DNA from: Candidatus Micrarchaeota archaeon
GTDB lineage: Archaea; Micrarchaeota; Micrarchaeia; Anstonellales; Anstonellaceae
Assembly (NCBI GenBank): GCA_026413965.1
Contig: JAOAJY010000001.1
Location: 125,275 to 189,274 of the forward strand
Length of the DNA stretch: 64,000 nucleotides
Reading direction: 5' to 3'
A model generated the notes under the pieces. That model searched no databases. It was not told the origin of the DNA and saw only the letters and a list, made by a program, of their open reading frames with translations. The number at the start of each line of letters is the position of its first letter. Within the stretch, counting starts at the first letter, position 1. Positions 36,419 to 45,771 of the stretch are shown here, piece by piece. Both the position numbers and the translations under genes were made by a program.

Positions 36419-36468
36419 AGTGCAGATAGAGCGCAAAGAGAAAAAGAGCAAAAAATAATCATTCAAGA
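36419..36468 (+). repeat. 50-bp perfect direct repeat, copy 2
   Basis: Identical to 35475-35524. Lies between the pilin stop codon and the convergent geranylgeranyl reductase stop, overlapping its last two codons. Confidence 0.9.
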
Positions 36469-37692
36469 CAGCAGAAGCCTAAGGTAAAACAGCGGAGAGG
36501 CATATCCCTTGCGCGCCTCTTCGTCCGAAAATGTGCTTGCTATCGCTTCCCTTGCTTTCTGGCTGCTTGAGGCTTTGGCTATCACGAAGTTCAGCAGCCA
36601 CTCGTGCCTTCCAAGCTTTTGCATCATGTAGCTTCTTTCAAGCTCGTCCCCCACTTCTTTCCAAAGCCTCTCAGGATACCTGGCAAGAAAGCTTTCAGAG
36701 GTGTCTCCTGCCGCAAGAGCCTCATCTGCAACCTGCGCGGCTATTTTTCCTGAAAGAAGCGCATTCCCGATTCCTTCGCCTGAAAAAGGATCGACCAAGC
36801 CTGCCGCATCTCCGACCAAAAGCACGCCGTCCGAGTGCACTTTTCTTCTTTTTGAGCCAAAAGGCAAAGACCAAGCCTTTATTGGCGTAAGCTGCTTGGC
36901 GGACTTGAACCTTTCGGCAAAAAGCGGGTTTTTCTCTATCACCTCAAGCATGGCTTTCTGGAGGTTGACGTTCCGAGCCTTCATGTCCTCCATCACCATG
37001 CCAACGCCGACGTTCGCAAGCCCGTTCTCCAGCGGGAAAATCCAAAAATAGCCAGGCATTATGGAGCGGACGAAATGTATCTCCAAAGCATTGCCCATGC
37101 CAGAAATGCCGGAGTAATACGCCCTGTAAGCTATGCACGTGTGGGCAGGGTCAACCTCTGAGCCCCTGATTTCCCTTGCGACAAGAGAGGACACTCCGTC
37201 TGCGCCGATAATTATTTTGCCGCGGAACTCCTCTTCCCTTCCGCCTATTTTTGCCCTCACTCCGCACACCTTCCCATTCTCCCGCAACACTCCGACAACC
37301 TCAGCGCCATCCCTTGCCTCGGCTGCCTTTGCAGCCGCTTTCCAAACAATGTGGTCAAAAACCTGCCTTCTGCAAACATAGCCTTTCTTGATTCCTTTTT
37401 CCTGGCTTGCGAACGTTATGGAGGCGACCTTGCCGCTTGGCGAGGAAAATGTGACTCCCTCAACCAAGGCATGGTCTGCCCTCTCAAGCTCTCCAATAAG
37501 CCCAAGCTCCTCAATTATCTTTATGGATTTTCCGGATATGGCATCCCCGCAGGTCTTGTCTTTGGGCCATTTTTCCTTCTCCAAAAGAAGGACCTTCCTC
37601 CCTTTGCTTGACAGGAATGCGGCGGCAGAGCTTCCTGCGGGCCCTCCGCCAACCACTACAGCGTCATACATGGTTTCTGCCACAAAACTCAC
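36463..37692 (-). CDS. geranylgeranyl reductase (digeranylgeranylglycerophospholipid reductase)
   Basis: FAD motif YDAVVVGGGPAGSSAA, GDAAG, about 409 aa. Confidence 0.8.
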   Translation of the reverse strand: MSFVAETMYDAVVVGGGPAGSSAAAFLSSKGRKVLLLEKEKWPKDKTCGDAISGKSIKIIEELGLIGELERADHALVEGVTFSSPSGKVASITFASQEKGIKKGYVCRRQVFDHIVWKAAAKAAEARDGAEVVGVLRENGKVCGVRAKIGGREEEFRGKIIIGADGVSSLVAREIRGSEVDPAHTCIAYRAYYSGISGMGNALEIHFVRSIMPGYFWIFPLENGLANVGVGMVMEDMKARNVNLQKAMLEVIEKNPLFAERFKSAKQLTPIKAWSLPFGSKRRKVHSDGVLLVGDAAGLVDPFSGEGIGNALLSGKIAAQVADEALAAGDTSESFLARYPERLWKEVGDELERSYMMQKLGRHEWLLNFVIAKASSSQKAREAIASTFSDEEARKGYASPLFYLRLLLS

Positions 37693-37745
37693 CAGCCTTA
37701 GCTAAATTTCCAAAACAATAAAAAAAGCTTCTGCCAACTTTATTT

Positions 37746-38381
37746 GTGGCAAGCAGCACAATTTTCTCTGGAGTGAAGGTCACATGGCTTGGGCATGCCA
37801 GCATACATCTGGAAGGCGATGGCATGTCGGTTTATGCAGACCCATATGTTCTTCCAAAGGCTCCCAAGCCGGCAGATGTCATACTTTACACTCATGGACA
37901 CTTTGACCACTGCGTAGCCGCCCCTTCAATAACTACCCACAAGACAGTTGTGATTGGGCACGGGTGCAAGCTGCCTTGCAGGGTGATACAAGCAGGTGGC
38001 ATTGAAAAAATCGGCGGATTGCTTGTGGAGGCAGTTGAAGCCTACAACATCAGCAAGCCGTATCATCCAAAAGGCTCAGGCGTGGGGTATATAGTCAAGT
38101 TCAAAACCGCCTCTGTGTACATAGCAGGCGACACCGATTTCATACCAGAGATGCGGAATTGCAAGTGCGACATAGCGCTGGTCCCTATAGGCGGGACTTA
38201 CACCATGGACGCAAAAGAGGCTGCCTTGGCGGTGGCTGCCATCAAGCCCAAGCTGGCAATACCCATCCACTTCAACTACCTTGCCGAGACCAAGGCCGAC
38301 CCTGAGGAATTCCGATCAGAGGTGGAACGGCTCTCTTTGGGGAAAATAGAAGTCAGGATATTGGCTCCTCAGGGCAGGTAG
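37746..38381 (+). CDS. MBL-fold metal-dependent hydrolase (UPF0173-like)
   Basis: HGHFDH motif in a 211-aa protein. Confidence 0.6.
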   Translation: MASSTIFSGVKVTWLGHASIHLEGDGMSVYADPYVLPKAPKPADVILYTHGHFDHCVAAPSITTHKTVVIGHGCKLPCRVIQAGGIEKIGGLLVEAVEAYNISKPYHPKGSGVGYIVKFKTASVYIAGDTDFIPEMRNCKCDIALVPIGGTYTMDAKEAALAVAAIKPKLAIPIHFNYLAETKADPEEFRSEVERLSLGKIEVRILAPQGR

Positions 38382-38410
38382 GTTGTCTGGAAAGCGGAAA
38401 AGTTTTTGAT

Positions 38411-39274
38411 TTGGCTCAAGCAGCAGCCAAAGGCTTTCTCTCAGCGCTCTTTGCCTTTTTGCTTGCCTCCGGCTTATCCCTAAGCGTCATGGCGCAAAAG
38501 CTGCTTGACGCCGAAGCCTATATGGCTTCAATTGAGAAATACGCTTCCTATTCTGAAATGAGGAATCACTTGGCGGCATCCATCGCAAGAAGCTTCCCGC
38601 CAAATTTGAGGCAGGGCGCGCAAGAAGAGATAAGAAGCGCCATAACTGAGGATTATCTGCGCAGCCAAGTGCGAAATGCAGTGGGCTCTGCCCTCGACTA
38701 TCTTTCCTCAAAATCAGACAGGCTTTATTTGCGGATGGACCTCTCTCCAATCAAAGAAAAGCTGAAAGAAAGCCAGCTGCCTGAGTTGAGGGTTGCCTCT
38801 CAAGCCTTTCCTGCCAGTCTTGATTTGGCTGAGGAAGAGGGGAACTTGGAGCAGATGAAGCAGCTGGAAAGCGCGCGCCAGCAGATAAGCCAGGCAAACA
38901 AAATAAAGCACCTGCTTGTCGCAGCCTCTATCCTGCCTCTTGCGTTGCTTTTCTTTTTCCATGAAGGCTATAGAGGCTGGCTGCATGGGTGCGGAAGCCT
39001 TCTTTTGAAGGCAGGCGTATCTTGCCTATCTTTAAGCGCAGTCCTTTTTGCCATGCCTTTTGCTCTGCCAGAAATCCTTCCGTCCATGCAAAATTCATCG
39101 CAGGGAGCTGAAACCGCCCGCCTTGCCGGGCAGATATTGGGGGAAGTTTTTTCGCAGGCAGGAGTTGAGCTTGCGCTGCATTCCGCCCCAATCATTTTGG
39201 CAGGCGGAGCCCTCATGCTCCTGCTCAAGAAGCCCGAAACGAATAATAATCCAAGCTCCGAAGCTTCTGCATGA
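38411..39274 (+). CDS. hypothetical membrane protein
   Basis: TTG start. N-terminal TM helix plus C-terminal TM helices. Its stop overlaps the start of the giant downstream gene. Confidence 0.35.
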   Translation: MAQAAAKGFLSALFAFLLASGLSLSVMAQKLLDAEAYMASIEKYASYSEMRNHLAASIARSFPPNLRQGAQEEIRSAITEDYLRSQVRNAVGSALDYLSSKSDRLYLRMDLSPIKEKLKESQLPELRVASQAFPASLDLAEEEGNLEQMKQLESARQQISQANKIKHLLVAASILPLALLFFFHEGYRGWLHGCGSLLLKAGVSCLSLSAVLFAMPFALPEILPSMQNSSQGAETARLAGQILGEVFSQAGVELALHSAPIILAGGALMLLLKKPETNNNPSSEASA

Positions 39275-42200
39275 TGATGGGGTGTCCAAAAAGGCACCTT
39301 GCCTTTCTTGCGAGCCTTCTTCTTTTCGGCTTAGCTTTCCCATCCGGGCTTTCAGGCTGCTTTTCCCCATCGCCTCTTGAAAGGTTCTGGGAGAGCCCAG
39401 GGTATTTCGAGTCCAACCCGCACGTTTCCAATTTGGGCATTTTCAAGTTCTATTCCTACGCATTTGACAATTCGACAAAAAGCCTGGAGCTTGAGCAAAC
39501 AGCGCTGCTGTCGCAGCAGGAAATCTTTTCTGCCCTAAGCCTCGAGCAAAGGGAAGAATTCTTCCCAGCCATAAAAGAGCTTGAGGCATCGCAAAGCCAC
39601 CTTTCGAAGGCAAAAGCGCATGCCGCAGAAGCCCAGAGGCTTTCCTCAGAGTCCCAAAAGCTCGCCTCGCATATTTTTGACCAAACCCAAATCGCCCTCC
39701 TTTACCTCCCCTATCCATTTTCCAACTTGCCGGCAATATGGCTTTTTCTCAAGTCCCAGGCAGCCTCTGAGTATATCTCAAAATACCCTGCAACTCTGCA
39801 AGCCGCATATTCCCACTCGGCAAGCGCCTATGACTCTGCCCAAAAAGCAGCCTATCTTGCAGCCTCCCTTGCGGACAAAAAAGCCTCGGCATTGCTGTTT
39901 GCAGGGGCAGGAGACGCCAAATACTCAGGGAAGGCGAAAAGCGCCTATTACCGCTACCAGGAGCTTCTTTCCTCAGGCAGGCTTTGCGGCAAGCAAAGGG
40001 CAGAAAGCATACGCGGCTATTTTTCATCCAGCCCCAGCATGCCTGACTTTTCGCAGGCAGGGTTCGGCCAGCATCTGAGGCAGATTGCAGGCAAAGGCAA
40101 CAATTCCTCGCTTTTCCAGCTTGCTTTGCTTTATTCCGAGCTTTCCTCTGCCCATGCCGCCATGCAAGAGGAGTACTTTGAGATGAGGGCAAGCGCGCTG
40201 GAATCCCAAAGGCAGCTTGAGCTCCACATTTCCCTGCTGGAGTCCGAAAGGCTGGACCTGATAGACAGCCTATCAAATGAGGCTGGACAAAAGAGCCTTT
40301 CAGCAGGGACAGGCTTTGCCGGGCTCTCCAGCGGCCTGAAAATAGCCAAAGACAGGCTCTTCTCATCGCAGCACCTTCTTTCGTCATCCGAATCCATCGC
40401 AAAATCAAAAGATTACCAAGGCTACCTTTCGGATGCAATCCACAAAGCCTCGCAAGCCAAAGAGCTCTCCCAAAGCTCGCTTTCTTCTCTGTCCAAAATA
40501 AGGCAAGACGCAATTTTTCTTGCGGACGGCAAAAGAAAAGAGGCGGAGCAATCCATATTAGACGCTGAAAGCTATTTCTCAAATGGAAGCCAGGCAAGCT
40601 CAAAAATGCGGGCGCAGTCTCTTCTCATGCTTCAGGATGCGAAAAAGAAGTTCAGCCTTGCGTCACAGGCAAAGCGGATAGGGGAGCAGTTTGTCCTTTA
40701 TTCAGAGGCAAAAGCCATGGCAGAAGCTTCGCGCCAGGCTTTGCTCACTGGAAGCCTGGCTTCCGCGAAAGAGCAAGCCTTCAAGGAGGTCCAGGCGCTT
40801 TCTGATGCCATCTTGAAGGCAGAAAAGGACGGGCTGGATGTCTCCTTTGAGAAGTCCAAGCTTGCAGAGTACCAGCAGCTTTTGCAGCTTGTTGATTCTG
40901 CGGAGGCAATGCTTGCATTAAGCGAAGCTTCCAGAAGCGAGCATCAAGGGCTGATTTTGAGGCTTTCAGGAAAATACCGGCATCTCTCCGACGGATTCCC
41001 GCAGCTGCAAATGCTTGTGCTGGAAATAAGAAAAAAAGACCCGCTTTTCTTGCCGGAGTTTGACAGCGTGTCCAAATACTTCAAGGAGGGGGGTTTGGAC
41101 GCCAAGGAGGCTGCAGGCAAGCTGAAGGAAATAGAGGCTTCCATCAGCGAGCTATTATCCAAGGCAAAAAGCAGAATACCTCAGCACCTCTCGCAGGTGC
41201 TCTCGGAGAATGCAGAAGCCATAGAGCTAAGGGAGCCGTTCTCGATAGGCAAGCCAAGCAAATACAAGGCAAGCATCCACACCCAAAACACAGCAGAGAT
41301 TGGCTACAGCGGCACTGTGGTGTTTTTTGCCAGGACTTCCTCTGCCCTCTCAACCCAGGACTTTTCAGGAGGAAGCCCAATCAAAGACGCTTACCAAAAA
41401 GAAGGCAAAACCGCAATAGAGATTTCCGGAGTTTCTCCAAAGCAAACCCTGTCTTTCTTCTTTGAGAAATTTGAGCAGCCGGTCCAGGCAGTCTCCCTAA
41501 AGCCATTTTGCCATTCCGCTACTCAGGAGGAGGCTTCAGCAGGGGCAGAGCTTCGTTTTGTGTCAGAAAAGCCGCTGGAATCGGCTTTTTTTGCCCTGCC
41601 TGCCCCAGAAAGCCTGGCAAGCCCATCAGCATCATATCTTGGCTTCCCTGCTGACTACATAAGGCAAGCCCCAGGAGGGATGCTTGAGGGGAGAATATCC
41701 CAAATCCAAAAGGGCGATGGGAGGCTGGAAATAAGCTATAAAGTCATGAAGCCATTTGATGCCAAAGTTGTCGAGGAGAGCTCCAAAAGCCTAGGGGCAG
41801 GAAGGCAAGCCATCCGCATGTCTTTGGTGGTTGAGAACGCGGCTCTTGATTGCGCACAAGCTTCAGTCTCTTTCCAGCTTCCTTATTTTGGGATTGAGAA
41901 CTTCTCCGTCGCAAGCCCAAGCGGCAGTGCCATATTGTCCAAGCAGGTTGCGCAAAACTCCGCAGGCTCTGAAGCAAAATTTGCCTTTTCCCCTCTTGCC
42001 AAGGGCTCAAAAGCGCATTTTGAGCTGCATTTTGAGGTCCAAAACAAATCTGAAGCTTTAAGCCACGCTATCCGGATGCTTGAGCTTTCAGCTTTGCACT
42101 CAAACAGCACCCTCCAGCATTTGGCTTTGGAGCAAGCGCGGCTTCTTGCAGAGGCAAACAAGACTGATGAGGCGCTGCTTCTTTCCCAGTCAGCCTACCG

Positions 42201-43317
42201 CCTTCAAAGCCAAAGCAGCCCTCTTGACATCATCTCCTACCAAGAGAGCCTGGAGCATGCCCAAGCTCTCCTCTCTTCGGCAAAATCCTCCCAAAAAGCA
42301 ATGCGCCAATCCTCATCAATGCATCTTGAGCTGTCAAAGGCAATAGCAGACCTTGAGTCTTCAATCTCGTCAGCCTCTTTTCTGGCTGAGCGCGGAAGCT
42401 ACTCAAAGGCGGCAAGCCAGCTTAGGGAATCTTCTGGCAGCTTCCAATCTTTCATAGCCCAGCTTGCCTCAAAATCCGCAAATGACGCATTGGAAGGGTA
42501 TTCAAAGGCAAAAGAGAGGCAGGCGGACCAAGCGCTGCTTTCATCCTGCTCGCAGGCAATTTCCCAGGGAAGCCGCCTGTTTTCCCAAGGCGAAATCCTA
42601 AAGTCGCTTGAGCGCTTCGCAGAAGCCCAAAGCATCCTGTCTGAAATTTCCGGCATCCAGGAAGCTCAAGAGAAAGAGCTGGCTTTGCAGGCAGAAGAGA
42701 TAGGGAAAAAATTCCAAGCCCTAAAAGAAGAGTTTGAAAGCAAGCTTTCGTCATATTCTCCGCAGTACTCCTCATTGTCCCAGCAAAGCAGAAGGAAGCT
42801 TCCAATAACCCCAAGCGAGGCGCAGGCAAGGCTCGCGGAGGCGCAAAGGAAGATTTCCTCAGCCTCAAAATACAAGGATGCCAAGCAGCGGCTGCAAGAG
42901 GCGAGCCAATCCTACATGCTTTTGGAGTCTGCGGACAAGTCGCTTTCAGATGCAATAAGCCAATTGCGCTCCTCAGCAGAGTCATCGCTTAAGGTGGCAA
43001 GAATAGCTTTGGCTGAGGCGCAAGCAAAGTCCTCAAGCCAGGACAGCTCCCTGCTGGCTCAGATGGAGAAAGAGGCTGAGAAGGCAGAGGAGGCTTACGC
43101 CAACGGGCTTTATGCGGATTCCCTTTCGTCTTCTGACAGGGTGATAAGCGCGGCAAACGCGCTGTTGTCATCAAAAAAGCAAGATGGCATCCCCAAGGCA
43201 GAATTGCTTGCAGCCATCTCCGCCATATTCATTATTGCGGCTGCCTATTTCCTGCTCTCAAAAGCCAACAGGGGCAGCCAGAAAAAAGAGAAGAAAAGCA
43301 TCCCCAAGTCCGATTAG
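39271..43317 (+). CDS. giant (1348 aa) low-complexity coiled-coil surface protein with N-terminal signal/lipobox-like peptide and C-terminal TM anchor
   Basis: N-terminus MMMGCPKRHLAFLASLLLFGLAFPSGLSGC. Body rich in Ser/Ala/Leu/Gln/Glu/Lys. C-terminus LLAAISAIFIIAAAYFLLSKANRGSQKKEKK. Confidence 0.5.
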   Translation: MMMGCPKRHLAFLASLLLFGLAFPSGLSGCFSPSPLERFWESPGYFESNPHVSNLGIFKFYSYAFDNSTKSLELEQTALLSQQEIFSALSLEQREEFFPAIKELEASQSHLSKAKAHAAEAQRLSSESQKLASHIFDQTQIALLYLPYPFSNLPAIWLFLKSQAASEYISKYPATLQAAYSHSASAYDSAQKAAYLAASLADKKASALLFAGAGDAKYSGKAKSAYYRYQELLSSGRLCGKQRAESIRGYFSSSPSMPDFSQAGFGQHLRQIAGKGNNSSLFQLALLYSELSSAHAAMQEEYFEMRASALESQRQLELHISLLESERLDLIDSLSNEAGQKSLSAGTGFAGLSSGLKIAKDRLFSSQHLLSSSESIAKSKDYQGYLSDAIHKASQAKELSQSSLSSLSKIRQDAIFLADGKRKEAEQSILDAESYFSNGSQASSKMRAQSLLMLQDAKKKFSLASQAKRIGEQFVLYSEAKAMAEASRQALLTGSLASAKEQAFKEVQALSDAILKAEKDGLDVSFEKSKLAEYQQLLQLVDSAEAMLALSEASRSEHQGLILRLSGKYRHLSDGFPQLQMLVLEIRKKDPLFLPEFDSVSKYFKEGGLDAKEAAGKLKEIEASISELLSKAKSRIPQHLSQVLSENAEAIELREPFSIGKPSKYKASIHTQNTAEIGYSGTVVFFARTSSALSTQDFSGGSPIKDAYQKEGKTAIEISGVSPKQTLSFFFEKFEQPVQAVSLKPFCHSATQEEASAGAELRFVSEKPLESAFFALPAPESLASPSASYLGFPADYIRQAPGGMLEGRISQIQKGDGRLEISYKVMKPFDAKVVEESSKSLGAGRQAIRMSLVVENAALDCAQASVSFQLPYFGIENFSVASPSGSAILSKQVAQNSAGSEAKFAFSPLAKGSKAHFELHFEVQNKSEALSHAIRMLELSALHSNSTLQHLALEQARLLAEANKTDEALLLSQSAYRLQSQSSPLDIISYQESLEHAQALLSSAKSSQKAMRQSSSMHLELSKAIADLESSISSASFLAERGSYSKAASQLRESSGSFQSFIAQLASKSANDALEGYSKAKERQADQALLSSCSQAISQGSRLFSQGEILKSLERFAEAQSILSEISGIQEAQEKELALQAEEIGKKFQALKEEFESKLSSYSPQYSSLSQQSRRKLPITPSEAQARLAEAQRKISSASKYKDAKQRLQEASQSYMLLESADKSLSDAISQLRSSAESSLKVARIALAEAQAKSSSQDSSLLAQMEKEAEKAEEAYANGLYADSLSSSDRVISAANALLSSKKQDGIPKAELLAAISAIFIIAAAYFLLSKANRGSQKKEKKSIPKSD

Positions 43318-43934
43318 CCTAGCCTGGCAATCTCGGATTCTATGGCTTGCTTGAATTTCCCAAAAGGCTGCGCACCCATTATCTTGGTTTCCCCAATCTT
43401 GAAGGTGGGCGTCGCAGCAATCCCTTCCTTTTCTGCCTCTTCCATGTCTTTAAGCACCTTCTCCCTCCCCCTGCCGGATGCCACGCAAGATCGGAATTCC
43501 TCCATGTCAACCCCAATTTCTGATGCGTGCTTTTGCAGGTCCGAGTCCGAAAGCGCATGCTGGCTTGAAAAGAGCCTGTCGTGCATCTCCCAGAATTTGC
43601 CCTGCTCCTCGGCGCAGGCAGCCGCAATCGCAGCAGGCATGGCTCGGGGATGGATTCCAACAAGCGGATAGTGCCGGAAGACCAGCTTCACCTCATTAGG
43701 ATAAGCCCGCAACACCTCCTCAACAACAGGCTGCGCTTTAGCGCAGAATGGGCATTCGAAGTCCGAATACTCATAAATCACGATTTTCGCACTCGGGCTT
43801 CCGCGGTATGCTCTCCCATTTTCCATTCCTGCGCTTATGGGCGCGGCTGCGCACCCAAAAAGCAAAGCTGCCATAAGAGCCAGCAGCGCAAAATTCCTCA
43901 TGCATGCAGATAGGGCAAAATCGATTAAAACCAT
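43314..43934 (-). CDS. DsbA-like thiol:disulfide oxidoreductase with N-terminal membrane anchor/signal
   Basis: Thioredoxin active site FECPFCAKAQP with a hydrophobic N-terminus. Confidence 0.65.
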   Translation of the reverse strand: MVLIDFALSACMRNFALLALMAALLFGCAAAPISAGMENGRAYRGSPSAKIVIYEYSDFECPFCAKAQPVVEEVLRAYPNEVKLVFRHYPLVGIHPRAMPAAIAAACAEEQGKFWEMHDRLFSSQHALSDSDLQKHASEIGVDMEEFRSCVASGRGREKVLKDMEEAEKEGIAATPTFKIGETKIMGAQPFGKFKQAIESEIARLG

Positions 43935-43959
43935 TTCTGCTAACTATTTTGGTGGTTTT

Positions 43960-44358
43960 ATGTATCAGGCAAAGCTGATAAAGGCAGATACCATCCCTGA
44001 GGCTGCCGAGCAAATAAGGAAAATAGACGTCGGAGAGGAGTGCGTCAGGATAATGAAAGACAAGGCAGTCTTCCGCCTCGTCAAGCTGCATGATGTGCGG
44101 AATGCTGTCGCCAACATAATAAAGCAAGAGATGATTTCGTGCGGCGGAGACGCCACAGTCTCGCAATGGACTGTCAATTGCACGCACCCAAAAACAGATG
44201 TTCTTCTGATGGGCACCATAAAGCAATACAAGCTTCTTATTGCCAAGATGAGGATGCAAGGCGCCTACAGGCCAAACGAAGAGAAGAAAAAAGAATACAA
44301 GGCAGTCTGCGACGAGCTTTCTGAGATCCTCAAAGACGACTTGAAGCCAAAAGACTGA
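43960..44358 (+). CDS. hypothetical protein
   Basis: 133-aa ORF from an in-frame ATG. No confidently recognised motif. Confidence 0.3.
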   Translation: MYQAKLIKADTIPEAAEQIRKIDVGEECVRIMKDKAVFRLVKLHDVRNAVANIIKQEMISCGGDATVSQWTVNCTHPKTDVLLMGTIKQYKLLIAKMRMQGAYRPNEEKKKEYKAVCDELSEILKDDLKPKD

Positions 44359-44417
44359 GGGCTTGCCCTCTTGCCCAGCCTGGCAATTATAAAACTTAGC
44401 TGGCATATGTAGTTGGT

Positions 44418-45326
44418 GTGGGCGTGCGGGACCTCATTTCAATCCGCGACCTTGGGAAAAAAGACATAGAGTCCTTCCTTTCAGAAGCCTCCAGGATGGA
44501 AAAGCTGCTGACCAAGCCAAAGCACCTGCTCTCAGGAAAGATAATCGCCAGCATGTTCTTTGAGGCATCCACCAGGACCAACATGTCTTTCCAGACTGCC
44601 GCAAAAAGGCTGGGCGGAAAGCTTCTGACTTTTTACCCTTCCATAAGCTCCGCAGCCAAAGGAGAAAGCCTGGCAGACACGATAAGGATGATGGATGGCT
44701 ATGTGGATGCTATTGTGCTGCGCCATCCTTACGAGGGGGCTGCCCGGTTTGCAGCTGATTTGGCGGAGCATCCTGTGATAAATGCGGGGGATGGCGGAAA
44801 CCAGCATCCGACTCAGACGTTGATTGACCTTTACACAATCAAGAAGCTCAAAGGAAAAATCCAGGGCTTGAAAGTGACGCTTATGGGCGACTTGAAGCAT
44901 GCCCGCGCAATGCGCTCGCTTCTTTACGGCCTTTCGATGTTTGGCGCAGAAGTGGCTCTTGCCTCCCCGCCTTCGCTTGCGATGGACCAGGACATAATAA
45001 GCGAAGTGAAAAGCAAATTTGGGGCAGAGCCCGTCCAGTCGCAAAAGGCTGAGCTTAAGGACTGCGACGTGCTTTACGTGTGCAGGATACAAAAGGAGCG
45101 CTTCCCAGACCAGTATGAGGCTGAAAAGATGCAGAGGGATTTCCGGGTGGACTTGGAGCTGCTCAGCCACGCAGATGAGTCAATGGCAATACTCCATCCT
45201 CTGCCCAAAGTCGATGAGATACCGCCAGAGGTGGATTCAGACCCCCGCGCAAAATACTTTGAGCAGGCGAAAAACGGCGTGCCTGTCCGCATGGCGGTCC
45301 TGAACAAATGCATAAATGGAAGGTAA
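44418..45326 (+). CDS. pyrB: aspartate carbamoyltransferase catalytic subunit
   Basis: STRTR block FEASTRTNMSFQTAAKRLGG, HPTQ, about 302 aa. Confidence 0.85.
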   Translation: MGVRDLISIRDLGKKDIESFLSEASRMEKLLTKPKHLLSGKIIASMFFEASTRTNMSFQTAAKRLGGKLLTFYPSISSAAKGESLADTIRMMDGYVDAIVLRHPYEGAARFAADLAEHPVINAGDGGNQHPTQTLIDLYTIKKLKGKIQGLKVTLMGDLKHARAMRSLLYGLSMFGAEVALASPPSLAMDQDIISEVKSKFGAEPVQSQKAELKDCDVLYVCRIQKERFPDQYEAEKMQRDFRVDLELLSHADESMAILHPLPKVDEIPPEVDSDPRAKYFEQAKNGVPVRMAVLNKCINGR

Positions 45327-45768
45327 TGCTATGCCGCTGACAGTCCAAAAGATAGAGGAAGGGACAGTGATTGACCACATCACCGCAGGAGCCGGCACAA
45401 AAGTCCTGCAAATGCTGTCCTCCTCCTATCCAATATCAAAGATGTGCGCGCTGATAATAAATGCCCCAAGCAGAAAGCTTGGGAAAAAAGACATAGTCAA
45501 AATAGAGGGCGTGTTCCTGGAAGAGAAGACGGTGAACAAAATATCGCTTGTCGCCCCCCAAGCAACTGTCAACATAATAAGGCAAGGCAAAGTCAGCGGC
45601 AAGCAGAAAGTCAGCCTGCCGCCTGTGTTGTCAGGGGTTGTCAAATGCCCCAACCCCAAATGCATAACCAATCTGGAGCGCGCAGAGACCTGCTTTTTAC
45701 AAATGCAAGATGGGCAGCTCCGCTGCAAGCACTGCGAAAGGGTGTTCAAGCCCTCAGAGCTTGCCTGA
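45316..45768 (+). CDS. pyrI: aspartate carbamoyltransferase regulatory subunit
   Basis: C-terminal zinc domain CPNPKCIT...CKHCE. Overlaps the pyrB stop. Confidence 0.8.
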   Translation: MEGNAMPLTVQKIEEGTVIDHITAGAGTKVLQMLSSSYPISKMCALIINAPSRKLGKKDIVKIEGVFLEEKTVNKISLVAPQATVNIIRQGKVSGKQKVSLPPVLSGVVKCPNPKCITNLERAETCFLQMQDGQLRCKHCERVFKPSELA

Positions 45769-45771
45769 GGG

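Noticed and set aside
35475-36468. Considered whether the 50-bp repeats are a CRISPR array
   Set aside because: There are only two copies, 894 bp apart, and they enclose a protein-coding gene. No spacer-repeat periodicity or cas genes are present.
39749-40603. 284-aa minus-strand ORF inside the giant surface-protein gene, plus other internal ORFs up to 43174
   Set aside because: The low-complexity sense strand generates long open antisense frames. The sense ORF is uninterrupted for 4 kb with a signal peptide and a C-terminal anchor.
43317-44390. The 11-mer AGCCTGGCAAT occurs twice, near 43320 and 44375, flanking dsbA and the adjacent hypothetical gene
   Set aside because: An 11-bp match at this distance is within chance expectation for 64 kb. 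No extended similarity was seen around either copy.
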